From: Polyangiales bacterium
GTDB taxonomy: Bacteria; Myxococcota_A; Polyangia; Polyangiales; Polyangiaceae
Direction of reading: 5' to 3'
Assembly: GCA_038231275.1 (NCBI GenBank)
Contig: JBBRLQ010000010.1
Coordinates: forward strand, 128,001-192,000
Length of the DNA: 64,000 bases
A model generated the notes under the pieces. It saw only the letters and a program-made list of their open reading frames with translations, searched no databases and was not told where the DNA came from. The position numbers were made by a program, and so were the translations under genes. Below are positions 45,589-55,426 of the stretch, piece after piece. Each line of letters starts with the position of its first letter. Position 1 is the stretch's first letter.

Positions 45589-45626
45589 CGATGCGCTGGA
45601 CGGGTGCGTTTGACGATCGAGTCGCG

Positions 45627-46490
45627 CTAGATCCCGGGAAGCGATGCGCCGAACTCGCGTAGGACCTGGAACGTGCTCGAGATGGTCTCGCCGGCGACGA
45701 CCGGCGGGAGATCGCCGCTGACGCCGCCGAGTATCGCGGTGATGTTGTCCTCGCCGCCGCGCTCCTTCGCGAGCGCGATGAGGCTGTCGCACGCAACGTC
45801 GAGGCGCGGCGCCCACAAGATGGTGCTCGCGATCTCCTGTGCGGTGACCTTGTTGGTGAGTCCGTCGGAGCAGACGAGGAAGCAGTCCCGTTGGCGGAGC
45901 GTGAGCTTGCCGAGGGCCACCTGCACGTCGGCCTTCTGCCCCATGGCCTGGAGGATCACGTTGCGGAACGGCGCGCGCCCTGCCTCCTCGGGCTTGAGCG
46001 TGCCGGCGTCGACGAGGAGCTGCACGTAGCTTTGATCGCGCGTCACCTGCAAGAGCTCGCCGTTGCGCAGGACGTAGGCCCGCGAGTCGCCGACCTCCGC
46101 GATGTACGCGGTCGCGCCATCGAGGACCAGCGCGGTCACCGTCGCGCCCATTCCTTCGCGCCCCGGAACCTGCGAGGCCTCCCACGCGTCGCGGTTCGCT
46201 CGCTCGACGGCGCGCGACAGGAGCGCGTCGCTGTCCTTGCGATCGACGCCAGAGGCCATCGAACGGCAGAGCGACTCGACCACGAGCGCGCTCGCGACCT
46301 CTCCCGCCGCGTGTCCGCCCATCCCGTCAGAGACGGCGAGCAGAACGCCGTGCTCTCCGATTTCGAAGCGCGTGATGGGCGACGTGGTGACGAGGCTGTC
46401 GCCGGTCAGGTCAGCGATGACGAACGCGTCCTCGTTGCGGGCGCGCTTTCCAATGTCGGTCCGGGCACAGACGGTCAGGTTCACGGTCAT
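45627..46490 (-). CDS. PP2C-family Ser/Thr protein phosphatase
   Basis: RARNED, VSDGMGG, VGDSRAY, CSDGL, GGEDNIT. Confidence 0.93.
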   Translation of the reverse strand: MTVNLTVCARTDIGKRARNEDAFVIADLTGDSLVTTSPITRFEIGEHGVLLAVSDGMGGHAAGEVASALVVESLCRSMASGVDRKDSDALLSRAVERANRDAWEASQVPGREGMGATVTALVLDGATAYIAEVGDSRAYVLRNGELLQVTRDQSYVQLLVDAGTLKPEEAGRAPFRNVILQAMGQKADVQVALGKLTLRQRDCFLVCSDGLTNKVTAQEIASTILWAPRLDVACDSLIALAKERGGEDNITAILGGVSGDLPPVVAGETISSTFQVLREFGASLPGI

Positions 46491-46502
46491 GGTCGTTCGA
46501 AT

Positions 46503-46518
46503 TGCACGACTCACGCCA
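46503..46518 (-). promoter_or_regulatory. sigma54 -24/-12 promoter-like box
   Basis: TGGCGTGAGTCGTGCA directly after the kinase stop; -12 C is 14 nt before ATG 46490. Confidence 0.55.
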
Positions 46519-46519
46519 G

Positions 46520-47719
46520 TCAAAAGCCAGGATCGCGCGCGACATCGGCCAGCTGCGGTCGCGGCGCGGGTGCATCGGCACGCCCCATTCGTGCATCACC
46601 GGCGTTCGAGCGCTCGCACGCGTTCTGATCGAGCGAGACCGAGAAACGCTGCGCTCGCAGGCGCGGCGGCGCGTGGGCGGCCGAGAACGCCGTCGGCGGC
46701 GCGATCACGGCGGTGACCGAGACCCAAACCAAAAGTGAGGCTGCGACGAGCGCGCCGAGGTAGCGCGCGCGAGGCCGTGAGAGCTTCCCGATGCGACCGC
46801 TCATCGCTCCGCGAAGCGCGTTGGCCATTTCGGCCGCGCTCGCGAAGCGCTCGTCCGGATTGCACTTGAGCGCGCGCGCGATCACCGCCCAGAGCGCGGG
46901 AGGCGCCGACGCGATCGGAGCGACGTGATCGGCGAGCAGCACGACGGACAGGATCGGCTTGTCGGCGCCCGCGAAGGGGTTCTTCCCGCCGAGCATCTCG
47001 TAGAGGAGGATTCCCATCGCGAAGACGTCGGTGCGAGCGTCCACAGGATGGCCCATCGCCTGCTCGGGCGACATGTAGCTCGGCGTACCGACGACCTCCC
47101 CGCCCATCGTGAGGCCGGCGCCGTCGAAGCGGGACTTCGAGATCCCGAAGTCGAGGAGCTTCGTCGTCATGTGTCCGTCGGGATCGCTCGCGAGAAAGAC
47201 GTTGGCCGGCTTGATGTCGCGATGGACGATCCCCGCCCCGTGCACGTGCGAGAGCGCGGAGAGCAGGTCGAGCGCGATACGGACCGCGTCGACCGGCGCG
47301 AGCTGCTCTTCGGCGTCGATGCGCTCGGCGAGCGTGTGGCCGTGGAGCGACTCGAGGACGAGGGCGAGCCGCCCGTCGGTCTCGAGGAGATCGAACACCT
47401 GGACGACGCCGCGATGCGAGAGGCTCGCCGTCGCGCGCGCCTCTCGACGAAGTCGCGCGTGCTGTCGCGGGCACAACGCCGCGCTCTCGAGAAGAAACTT
47501 GAGCGCGACCTCACCCCCGGTCGCCTCATTGCGCGCGATCCACACCACGCCCATTCCGCCCATTCCCGCTTCACGGAGCAGCGTGTACTTACCGCCAACG
47601 GTCGCGCCTGCGACGAATTTCAGCGGTTTCGACCCAGTGTGACGCGAATGCTGCTCCGGCGTCTCGGGCAGGAGAGAAGGAGAAACATAAGAAGAGGAAA
47701 GTACTGCGGAGGGGCTCAT
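46520..47719 (-). CDS. Hanks-type Ser/Thr protein kinase with TM segment
   Basis: GMGGMG, VALK, HRDIKPAN, DFGISK, GTPSYMSPEQ. Confidence 0.92.
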   Translation of the reverse strand: MSPSAVLSSSYVSPSLLPETPEQHSRHTGSKPLKFVAGATVGGKYTLLREAGMGGMGVVWIARNEATGGEVALKFLLESAALCPRQHARLRREARATASLSHRGVVQVFDLLETDGRLALVLESLHGHTLAERIDAEEQLAPVDAVRIALDLLSALSHVHGAGIVHRDIKPANVFLASDPDGHMTTKLLDFGISKSRFDGAGLTMGGEVVGTPSYMSPEQAMGHPVDARTDVFAMGILLYEMLGGKNPFAGADKPILSVVLLADHVAPIASAPPALWAVIARALKCNPDERFASAAEMANALRGAMSGRIGKLSRPRARYLGALVAASLLVWVSVTAVIAPPTAFSAAHAPPRLRAQRFSVSLDQNACERSNAGDARMGRADAPAPRPQLADVARDPGF

Positions 47720-47733
47720 TTGAGGGAGGACAT

Positions 47734-47749
47734 CGCAACACGCGTGCCG
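47734..47749 (-). promoter_or_regulatory. sigma54 -24/-12 promoter-like box
   Basis: CGGCACGCGTGTTGCG; -12 C is 16 nt before ATG 47719. Confidence 0.65.
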
Positions 47750-47759
47750 TCATCTGCGC

Positions 47760-47775
47760 TGGCACCTCACGTGCA
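47760..47775 (+). promoter_or_regulatory. sigma54 -24/-12 promoter-like box
   Basis: TGGCACCTCACGTGCA upstream of GGAGG and ATG 47800. Confidence 0.6.
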
Positions 47776-47799
47776 GCTCCTCGAGCGTCGGAGGCAACC

Positions 47800-48849
47800 A
47801 TGAGAATCGCTCTCGTCGCGTCGGTCGGGGCTCCCGTCCCCCCATCTAGCCCTGGAGGAGCCGAGGCCGTCATCGCCGAGCTCGCCAAGATGCTCACGCG
47901 CCGCGGCCACGACGTCGTCGTCTACGCCTCCGGCGACTCGCGACCTCTCGCGCGTGCCTGGGCAGACATCGCGTCCTCGCCGGAGCCGTTCGACGTCGTC
48001 CATGCGCACGACGCGGAGGCGCTCGCTCTGCGCGTCGACGCGCGGGTTCCCACGGTCTTGACGGTGCATGACGATCGCGACGAGACGCTGGTCGCGCACT
48101 ACGCGGAGTTTCCCGACGTTTGCTACGTCGCCACGAAGCCCGAGCAGGTCTCGCGCATGCGCGAGCTCCCGTTCAGGGGTGTCATCCCTGTCTGCGTCGA
48201 CGCCGACGATCTCCCTCGGGCAGAAACCCCGGGCGTGCACTGCGCCTTCCTCGGCAAGCTGGACGCGCAGGACGCGCCGCACGTCGCGATCGACGCGGCG
48301 CGCCTCGCGGGCGTTCCCTTGAAGCTGGCGACGCCGGAGTACTCGGCGAGCGCGGAATATTTCTCCGACGAGATGTTGCCGCGCCTCGACGCCGCCGGCG
48401 AGGCGGTGATGTGGCTGGGGAGCCTATCGTCGGGCGAAGAGCTGGTGCTCGTCCGCAAGGCACGCGCGCTGCTGATCCCCTCGGAATCCCCGGATCGCCA
48501 GGTCGCGATCGACGCGATGCTGAGCGGAACGCCGGTCCTCGCGTTCGCCCGCGGTGACGTGCGCGACGTGGTGGATGATGGAGTGACCGGCTTCCTCGTG
48601 CGTGACACCTGCGAGCTCGCCGCGCGGCTTCGCGACGTTGGCAGCCTCGATCGTCGCCGGTGCCGCGCGCGCGCGATCGAGCGCTGGAGCTCGCTGGGCA
48701 TGGCGATCGGGTACGAGAAGATCTACGAGGAGCTCGTCCGGGCACGTCGCCCCCGCGAGGTGATGCCGCGCGTCGCCGCCCCCGCGATGACCGCTGCGCT
48801 CGGCAACAAGCGCTTCAGCGGCCTCTTTTCGCCGCTCTGGGAGGCTTAG
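47800..48849 (+). CDS. Glycosyltransferase family 4 protein (degenerate motif)
   Basis: MRIALVA..VPP..GGAE, GHDVVVYA, AMLSGTPV, DGVTGFLV. Confidence 0.85.
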   Translation: MRIALVASVGAPVPPSSPGGAEAVIAELAKMLTRRGHDVVVYASGDSRPLARAWADIASSPEPFDVVHAHDAEALALRVDARVPTVLTVHDDRDETLVAHYAEFPDVCYVATKPEQVSRMRELPFRGVIPVCVDADDLPRAETPGVHCAFLGKLDAQDAPHVAIDAARLAGVPLKLATPEYSASAEYFSDEMLPRLDAAGEAVMWLGSLSSGEELVLVRKARALLIPSESPDRQVAIDAMLSGTPVLAFARGDVRDVVDDGVTGFLVRDTCELAARLRDVGSLDRRRCRARAIERWSSLGMAIGYEKIYEELVRARRPREVMPRVAAPAMTAALGNKRFSGLFSPLWEA

Positions 48850-49036
48850 GCCGTGCTGCGCCGCCGCCGTCGTGACCCTCGTCCTCTCGGGGATCGCGTG
48901 GCGCTGAAGGTCGGCAGCGGCTTGGGCCTCGGCGCAAGCGGCCGTTTTGAGCGTGTTCGCGCAGCCACCGCGCCACACTGGGGCGTCACTGCGCGAGAGT
49001 GAGTCGATTTTCCATGGCTTCGCGTCAACGCCACAG

Positions 49037-49052
49037 TGGCGTGCTACGTGCA
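49037..49052 (+). promoter_or_regulatory. sigma54 -24/-12 promoter-like box
   Basis: TGGCGTGCTACGTGCA; -12 C is 15 nt before ATG 49066. Confidence 0.55.
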
Positions 49053-49065
49053 ATCTGCACCCGAG

Positions 49066-50163
49066 ATGACGCCTGGCGATGACACCCTCGCGCTCGAGGG
49101 CCGGCTCACGCTCGCCACCGCGACCGAGACGTGGCGACGCCTCCAGGCGCGCCTAAGCGACGTCGGACCGGGCACAAGCCTGGAGCTCGACATGTCCCGC
49201 GTCGAGGCGATCGACGGCGGCACGATGGCGCTCCTCGTCCAGCTGCGCGCCGAGCTCGCCGCGCGCGGTGTGAAGGTCGAGCTGATCGGCGCCCGCGACG
49301 ACGTTCAGGCGCTCATTCATCTCTACAAGGGAGATCTCGCCCCTCGTCGCCGCGCCCGCCCGGCCCACGAGGGCATGCTCGCGCAGATCGGCCGCGGCAC
49401 GATCGACTTCTTCCTGGAGACGCAGAGAATCCTCGGATTCCTCGGCGACATGCTCCTGTCGGCGCTGGGCATCCTGCGCGAGCCGAAGACCGGCAACTGG
49501 AAGGATGTCGTCCCCACGATGGAGCGCGCCGGCGCCAACGCGGTGCCGATCGTCATCCTCATCAATTTTCTGATCGGCTTCGTCATGGCGTTCCAGGGCG
49601 CCAACCAGCTCCGTCAGTTCGGCGCGACCATCTTCGTCGCCGACCTCGTCGGCGTCTCGGTCACGCGTGAGCTCGGGCCGCTCATGACCGCCATCATCGT
49701 GTGCGGTCGCTCCGGCGCGGCGTTCGCCGCCGAGCTCGGCTCGATGCGTGTCTCCGAGGAGATCGACGCGCTGCGCACGATGGGCTTCGGCACAATCCGC
49801 TACCTCGTCCTGCCGCGCGCGCTGGCGCTCGTGCTCGTGATGCCGATCCTCACGCTCATCGCCGATTTCGTGGGAATTCTCGGGGGAATGGCGGTCGGCC
49901 TCCTGAGCCTCGGCCTCACGTTCAGCGGCTACCTCGTCGAGACGCGCAAGGCGGTGGTCCTGTGGGACGTCTCTTCGGGCGTGATCAAGAGCGTCGTCTT
50001 CGCGCTCGCCATCGCGCTCATTTCTTGCCAGCAAGGCTTCGCGACGAGCGGCGGCGCCGAAGGGGTGGGCCGGCGCACCACGTCAGCCGTCGTCGCCACG
50101 CTGTTCTCCCTCATCGTCATCGACGCGGTCTTCACCATGTTCTTTCACTTCTTCCACCTATGA
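49066..50163 (+). CDS. mlaE: STAS-MlaE ABC permease (Mla/Mce family)
   Basis: N-terminal STAS-like LDMSRVEAID; RELGPLMTAII.GRSGAAFAAELGSM.VSEEIDAL. Confidence 0.9.
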   Translation: MTPGDDTLALEGRLTLATATETWRRLQARLSDVGPGTSLELDMSRVEAIDGGTMALLVQLRAELAARGVKVELIGARDDVQALIHLYKGDLAPRRRARPAHEGMLAQIGRGTIDFFLETQRILGFLGDMLLSALGILREPKTGNWKDVVPTMERAGANAVPIVILINFLIGFVMAFQGANQLRQFGATIFVADLVGVSVTRELGPLMTAIIVCGRSGAAFAAELGSMRVSEEIDALRTMGFGTIRYLVLPRALALVLVMPILTLIADFVGILGGMAVGLLSLGLTFSGYLVETRKAVVLWDVSSGVIKSVVFALAIALISCQQGFATSGGAEGVGRRTTSAVVATLFSLIVIDAVFTMFFHFFHL

Positions 50164-50900
50164 ACGCGCCCTTCATCACCGTCAAAGACCTCACGATGGG
50201 ATGGGACGACGTCGTCCTCCAGAAGGACGCGTCGTTCGAGGTCAATCGCGGCGACGTCTTCGCGGTCCTCGGCGGCAGCGGTTGCGGTAAGTCGACCATG
50301 CTCAGGTACATGATCGGGCTCGAGACGCCGCTCTCCGGCACGATCGAGATCGAGGGCGTCGGAACGCCAAACCTCGACGTGGGGCGTCCGCCGTTCGGCG
50401 TCATGTTCCAGTCCGGCGCGCTCTTCGGAGGTCTCACGGTCGAGGAGAACGTCGCCCTCCAGCTCGAACGGTGGACGCCGTTGCCGCCCGACGCCATCGA
50501 CGCCATCGTCCGCGCGAAGCTCCGCCTCGTCGGCCTCGAGGGCGCGGAGGAGAAGCTGCCCGCCGAGCTCTCCGGCGGAATGAAGAAGCGCGCCGCGATC
50601 GCGCGTGCGATGGCCCTGGAGCCGGACCTCCTCTTCCTCGACGAGCCGTCGGCGGGGCTCGATCCGGTGAGCGCCGTGGAGCTCGACGAGTTGTTCGTCA
50701 CGTTGAGCCGGGTCCTCGGCCTCACGCTGGTCGTCGTCACCCACGAGCTCGAGAGCATCTTCCGGATCGCCAACCGCTGCATCCTCCTCGACAAGGAGAG
50801 CAAGTCGATCATCGGGCGCGGCGATCCCAAAGAGCTCCGCGACACGAGCGACGACCCGCGAGTCCACCGATTCATGAACCGCTTGCCGAGGAGTGCGTGA
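50160..50900 (+). CDS. mlaF: MlaF-type ABC ATPase
   Basis: GGSGCGKST, FQSGALF, LSGGMKKR, LDEPSAGLDP, VTHE. Confidence 0.92.
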   Translation: MNAPFITVKDLTMGWDDVVLQKDASFEVNRGDVFAVLGGSGCGKSTMLRYMIGLETPLSGTIEIEGVGTPNLDVGRPPFGVMFQSGALFGGLTVEENVALQLERWTPLPPDAIDAIVRAKLRLVGLEGAEEKLPAELSGGMKKRAAIARAMALEPDLLFLDEPSAGLDPVSAVELDELFVTLSRVLGLTLVVVTHELESIFRIANRCILLDKESKSIIGRGDPKELRDTSDDPRVHRFMNRLPRSA

Positions 50901-51859
50901 TGTCTGCCCACAAGGGTCACTGGAAGCTGGGTCTGTTCGTCGTGGTCGGCTTCGTGCTCGGCCTAACCGCCCTGGTGCTGCTGGGTGCGCAGAGTCTTCA
51001 GAAGGACGTCGTCAAGTACGTGAGCTTCTTCGACGAGTCCGTGCAGGGGCTCGACATCGGCTCGCCGGTGAAGTTTCGCGGCGTGACCGTCGGCAATGTG
51101 TCGGTCATCAAGGTCGCCCCCGATCGCCGGCTGGTCGAGGTGGCCCTCGAGCTCGGCGTGAAAGACCTCGAGGAGATGGGATTGTCGGTGGGCGCCGGGA
51201 AGAAGCTCCGCATCCGCGTGCCAGCCGATCTGAGGGTTCAGCTCGCCTCGCAGGGAATCACCGGCGTCAAATTCCTCCAGCTCGATTTCTTCGATGAGAA
51301 ATCATACCCGCCTCCGGCGCTCCCGTTTCCGACGCCCGAGAACTACATCCCCGCTGCCGTCTCGACGATGAAGAACGTCGAGGACGCGGTCGTCACTGCG
51401 GCGAACCGCTTGCCGCAGGTGGTCGACGCCATCTTGCTCGTCGTCTCGCGCGTCGGCCACATCCTGGACGATCTGGACGAGAAGAAGATCCCGGAGAGCC
51501 TCGCCGCGACGCTCCATCACGCCGATCAGGTGATGGCGAGCTTGAAGGGAGCCGTCGCCGCGATGGACACCGGCGGCCTCTCGAAGCGCGCGCAGGCCGC
51601 GCTCGCCGGGCTCGACGAGACGAACGCGCGCCTGGGGGCGGTCCTGGCGCGGCTCGACGGAGACGCCGGTATCCTCGCGAGCACGCAGCGCGCGACGAGC
51701 GCCATCGGGGACATGGCGACGAGCTCGCGCGGTCTCGGCCAAGAAGTAGAGGAAACCCTGCACGACGTGCAGGACGTGACGGACGCGATCCAACGCGTGG
51801 CCGACGCGCTCGAGCGCGATCCCGACATGCTCCTGAAAGGTCGAGGCAAGCACAAATGA
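50900..51859 (+). CDS. mlaD: MlaD/MCE-domain protein
   Basis: N-terminal TM segment, SVQGLDIGSPVKFRGV, helical C-terminus ending LERDP. Confidence 0.9.
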   Translation: MSAHKGHWKLGLFVVVGFVLGLTALVLLGAQSLQKDVVKYVSFFDESVQGLDIGSPVKFRGVTVGNVSVIKVAPDRRLVEVALELGVKDLEEMGLSVGAGKKLRIRVPADLRVQLASQGITGVKFLQLDFFDEKSYPPPALPFPTPENYIPAAVSTMKNVEDAVVTAANRLPQVVDAILLVVSRVGHILDDLDEKKIPESLAATLHHADQVMASLKGAVAAMDTGGLSKRAQAALAGLDETNARLGAVLARLDGDAGILASTQRATSAIGDMATSSRGLGQEVEETLHDVQDVTDAIQRVADALERDPDMLLKGRGKHK

Positions 51860-52491
51860 ACGCCGTCCGAATTCGCTCTCGTTTTGCTGGTCTCGCGCTC
51901 GTATGCGGCACCACGTTCGGCCTCGCTGGCTGCGCGCTCACGTCGAAGAGCGACTCGATCATCCTCCGCTACTTCAGCCCCGTCAGCACGAGCGCGCGAA
52001 CGAGCGCCGCGGAGTCCGCTGCCCCGCCCACGGCGCCCGAGATCGTGCTCAACCTCGGACGCATAAGCGCCGCGCGCCACCTCCGCGAGAAGATCGCCTA
52101 CCGCGACTCGGCGTACGAGGTCGGCTACTACGACGACCTGCGGTGGACCGACAAACCCGATGCGTACCTGCGACGGGCGCTGCGCGGCGCGTTCTTCGAG
52201 GAGCATCGCGCCCGGCAGCGCGTCTCGGGCTTCGGCCTCGCGCTCGACGTCGACCTCGACGCGTTCGAGGAGGTCAAGGCGCCGCGCCACGCCGCGCGCG
52301 TGGCCGTGACGTGGGCACTGCGTGACGAGCAAGTCGTCCTGGTCCAAGAGTCGTTCGCGATCGAGCGACCGTTCGCCAACGACGCCGAGGCCCCGTCGGC
52401 CCTGGTGGCGTCGCTCTCGGGCGCGCTCGACGAAGCGGTCGCGCGCATCGTCGCCCGCGTCCTCGAGCAAGCCCGTCACGCCGGACCGTGA
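51856..52491 (+). CDS. ABC-type transport auxiliary lipoprotein (PqiC-like)
   Basis: Lipobox LAGC, RWTDKP, LDAFEE; last gene of the Mla-type operon. Confidence 0.8.
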   Translation: MNAVRIRSRFAGLALVCGTTFGLAGCALTSKSDSIILRYFSPVSTSARTSAAESAAPPTAPEIVLNLGRISAARHLREKIAYRDSAYEVGYYDDLRWTDKPDAYLRRALRGAFFEEHRARQRVSGFGLALDVDLDAFEEVKAPRHAARVAVTWALRDEQVVLVQESFAIERPFANDAEAPSALVASLSGALDEAVARIVARVLEQARHAGP

Positions 52492-52498
52492 CCCCGCG

Positions 52499-53917
52499 TC
52501 ACTGGAATCCGTCGCGACCCGGGTTGGTCGCCGTCGGGACCGTCGGCTCCTCGGGCGCCTTGCCCTCGTATTTTTCGAGCCGCCGGTAGAGCGTGCGGCG
52601 GTCGAGGCCGAGCATCTCGGCGGTGCGGGCCTTGTTGCCGCCGAGGAGCGTCAACACGCGCGTGATGTAGCGTCGATCGATCTCGTCGAGTGACACGATT
52701 TGCTGCTCGTCGTCGGCCGCGAGGGCGAAGCGCTCGGGACGGTACGCGTTGATTTTTTCGGGGAGATCCTCGACGACGACCTGGTCCCCACGCGCGAGCG
52801 CGACGGACCGTTCGATCGCGTTCTCGAGCTCGCGTACGTTGCCGGGCCAATTGTACGTGAGCAGCCGCTCGGCGGCTTCCGGCGAGAGGGTGAGGGCCTT
52901 CTTCGCGCCGCGCGCCGCGAAACGCGTGAGGAAGTGCGCGGCGAGCCGGAGCACGTCGCTGTTGCGCTCGCGCAGCGACGGCACTTGAATCTTGACGACG
53001 TTGATCCGGTAGTAGAGATCCTCGCGAAAGCGCCCCTTGTGCACCTCGTCCTCGAGATCGCGATGCGTCGCCGTAACGATGCGTGTGGAGAACGGGACCT
53101 CGGCGTTGCCACCCACGGGACGGACCGTGCGCTCCTGGAGCGCGCGCAAGACCTTGGCCTGCATCTCGACGGGCATCTCGCCGATCTCGTCCAGGAAGAG
53201 CGTGCCGCCGGAGGCCTCGAGGAAGAGGCCCTGGCGCTGCGACTTCGCGTCCGTGAAGGCTCCCCGCGCGTGTCCGAAGAGCTCGCTCTCGAGGAGGTTG
53301 GCGGGCACCGCCGCGCAGTTGATGGCGACGAACGGCCCGTCCCTTTGCGCGCTCGCGGCGTGCACGGCCCGCGCGACGAGCTCCTTGCCGGTGCCGGTCT
53401 CGCCCTGGATGAGGACCGACGCGTCGCTCGGACCGACGCGGCCGATGAGCTCCGTCACCCGCGTCATCACCGCGCTCTCGCCGACGAGGGCCCCCTCGGG
53501 CAGCGCGGTCACGACCTCTTGCCGAAGCCGCTTCACTTCCGAATTGAGCCGATGGTGCTGCGTCGCGCGCGCCACGCTGAGGCCGAGCACCTTGCCGTCG
53601 ACGGGCTTCGTGAGAAAGTCGTACGCGCCGGCGCGCATCGCGGCGATAGCGGAGTCCATGCTGCCGTTCCCCGTCACGACCACGATGGGCACGTCGGGCG
53701 CGGTGCCGAGGATTCTCACGCAGAGCTCGATACCGTCCATCTCGGTCATCCCGAGATCGGTGACGATGACGTCGAAGGGCTCCTTCTTCAGCTTCTCGAG
53801 CGCGTCGTGGGGCGACGTCGTCGTCGTCACGTCGCAGCCCAGTCGCGTGAGGGACGCCTCGAGCAGGTCGCACTGCGCTTGATCGTCGTCCACGACGAGC
53901 ACGCGATTGTCATTCAT
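52499..53917 (-). CDS. sigma54-dependent response regulator (REC-AAA+-Fis HTH), copy A
   Basis: TDLGM, GETGTGKE, ESELFGH, GAFTDA, FLDEIGE, FREDLYYRI, WPGNVREL, HTH. Confidence 0.95.
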   Translation of the reverse strand: MNDNRVLVVDDDQAQCDLLEASLTRLGCDVTTTTSPHDALEKLKKEPFDVIVTDLGMTEMDGIELCVRILGTAPDVPIVVVTGNGSMDSAIAAMRAGAYDFLTKPVDGKVLGLSVARATQHHRLNSEVKRLRQEVVTALPEGALVGESAVMTRVTELIGRVGPSDASVLIQGETGTGKELVARAVHAASAQRDGPFVAINCAAVPANLLESELFGHARGAFTDAKSQRQGLFLEASGGTLFLDEIGEMPVEMQAKVLRALQERTVRPVGGNAEVPFSTRIVTATHRDLEDEVHKGRFREDLYYRINVVKIQVPSLRERNSDVLRLAAHFLTRFAARGAKKALTLSPEAAERLLTYNWPGNVRELENAIERSVALARGDQVVVEDLPEKINAYRPERFALAADDEQQIVSLDEIDRRYITRVLTLLGGNKARTAEMLGLDRRTLYRRLEKYEGKAPEEPTVPTATNPGRDGFQ

Positions 53918-54210
53918 CTGACCCCATCCTTCCCGACGCTGCGGTTGGCTCGAGGTCGCCAAGGCCGCCCCAAGTGAGGCGGTCCTGCAGTTCCGTTCCC
54001 CAATGTGTGGTTCATTTCTCGCTTCAGCGATCCTCGATACCCCAGCGGATCAGTTGCCGCTGCGGTTGGGCGACGACGAGGCTTTCCCCGCGTCGATCGG
54101 CGTTTCCGCGGACGGGAAGCCCGAAGAAACGGGCGATCGTCGCGAGGGCGCGGCGAATTCGGAGAACGACCATGCGCAGCTTCGTGCACCTCGCGTGCCC
54201 AGCGGGCGGC

Positions 54211-54609
54211 TCAGGCGCGAGGACGCTTCAGCAGCCTGCAGATCGTCGCGATCAGGTGCTCGACCTCGATGGGCTTCGTCAGGTGCGCTGCAAATCCCCC
54301 GCTCCCGCGCTTGCTCTCTGGCGCGCGTTCGTAACCGCTGAGCGCGATGACAGGGACGCTTCCGCCTCCCGTCGTCTCGACGGCGCGAATCTCTTCGAGC
54401 AACGCGTACCCGTCCTGGACGGGAAGTCCGATGTCCGAGACGACCAGATCCGGCGCCTCCGCCGTAAACGCTGTGAGCGCCTCGTTGGCCGTCCTTGCCT
54501 GCAAGACAACGGCGCCGTGCTCTTCGAGAACGAATGCGACCATCTCACGCCCGTCGTCGTCATCGTCGACGAGCAGAACGCGAACGCCGGCGAGGTCACG
54601 ATCACGCAT
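54211..54609 (-). CDS. Single-domain response regulator (paralog of 25097..25531)
   Basis: VLLVDDD, VSDIGLP, HLTKPI; GAGG RBS. Confidence 0.88.
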   Translation of the reverse strand: MRDRDLAGVRVLLVDDDDDGREMVAFVLEEHGAVVLQARTANEALTAFTAEAPDLVVSDIGLPVQDGYALLEEIRAVETTGGGSVPVIALSGYERAPESKRGSGGFAAHLTKPIEVEHLIATICRLLKRPRA

Positions 54610-54627
54610 GTCCTCTACATAGCCTAC

Positions 54628-54837
54628 CTATCGCCGGCCGAGGCGTGGCGGATGAGGCGCCGGCTCCGGCGCGTGCGTCGGGTTCGGCGGCGCGTGCAGC
54701 GGTTCGTTCGGTAGGGGCGTCGGGGGAGACGGATCCGGAGGTGGCGGCGGCACCGACGGAGGCCTCGGAGGAGCCGTCGGCGGCGGCGCAGGATTTACGT
54801 TGGGCGACGGGGGATAGGGCGTGAGGGGGTTCGCCAT
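54628..54837 (-). CDS. Small Pro-rich protein (69 aa)
   Basis: MANPLTPYPPSPNVNPAPPP...; ATG lies 14 nt below a sigma54-like box. Confidence 0.45.
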   Translation of the reverse strand: MANPLTPYPPSPNVNPAPPPTAPPRPPSVPPPPPDPSPPTPLPNEPLHAPPNPTHAPEPAPHPPRLGRR

Positions 54838-54849
54838 GAACTGCACTGG

Positions 54850-54865
54850 AGCATGCAGCGTGCCG
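54850..54865 (-). promoter_or_regulatory. sigma54 -24/-12 promoter-like box
   Basis: CGGCACGCTGCATGCT. Confidence 0.55.
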
Positions 54866-55135
54866 GCGTCACCGCAGCCGCCTCGGCCGCGGGCACATCG
54901 GTTGCTTGGCAGGGGAGAGATGATGCGTATCCGGCGACGACTCCAAGCGCTGGTGCTCTCTTGGTTCGGTGTGCCTTCACGCGGAAGGGATGGCTCGATT
55001 CGCGTCCGCCGCAAGCGTCGCTTCCTCTACTGGGCGCGGTGATGCTGCAGCCTCTGAGAGTGCGCGTGTGGCGTGGCGCATTTGCTCGGGCGACGGATCG
55101 GCACGCACGACCGCCTCGACGGGTTCACGATGCGT

Positions 55136-55414
55136 TCACGACGCGAGCATGTCGCGCGGCAGACGCTCAACCGTCCACTGCGCCGCGGCTGCGGCTCGTT
55201 CGCGCGCACGTCGTCGAGTCACCACGAGGATGTCCGCGACGTGGGAGGCGCCGAGCGTCGCGAGCCTGTCTTTGATCCGACGCCCGAAGTCGGTTTCCCT
55301 CTCACCGGGCGTCTGCGCGATCACGACAGTCTCCTGCTTCGACGGCTTCACCAGCCAAAACCACGGGGAGCCGCTCTCGGCAATCACCACCCGCGTTCCA
55401 TTCCTGCGATCCAT
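55136..55414 (-). CDS. Small hypothetical protein (92 aa)
   Basis: MDRRNGTRVVIAESGSPW...; alpha/beta-like pattern; ATG lies 14 nt below a sigma54-like box. Confidence 0.55.
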   Translation of the reverse strand: MDRRNGTRVVIAESGSPWFWLVKPSKQETVVIAQTPGERETDFGRRIKDRLATLGASHVADILVVTRRRARERAAAAAQWTVERLPRDMLAS

Positions 55415-55426
55415 GAGCGCGTCTTC

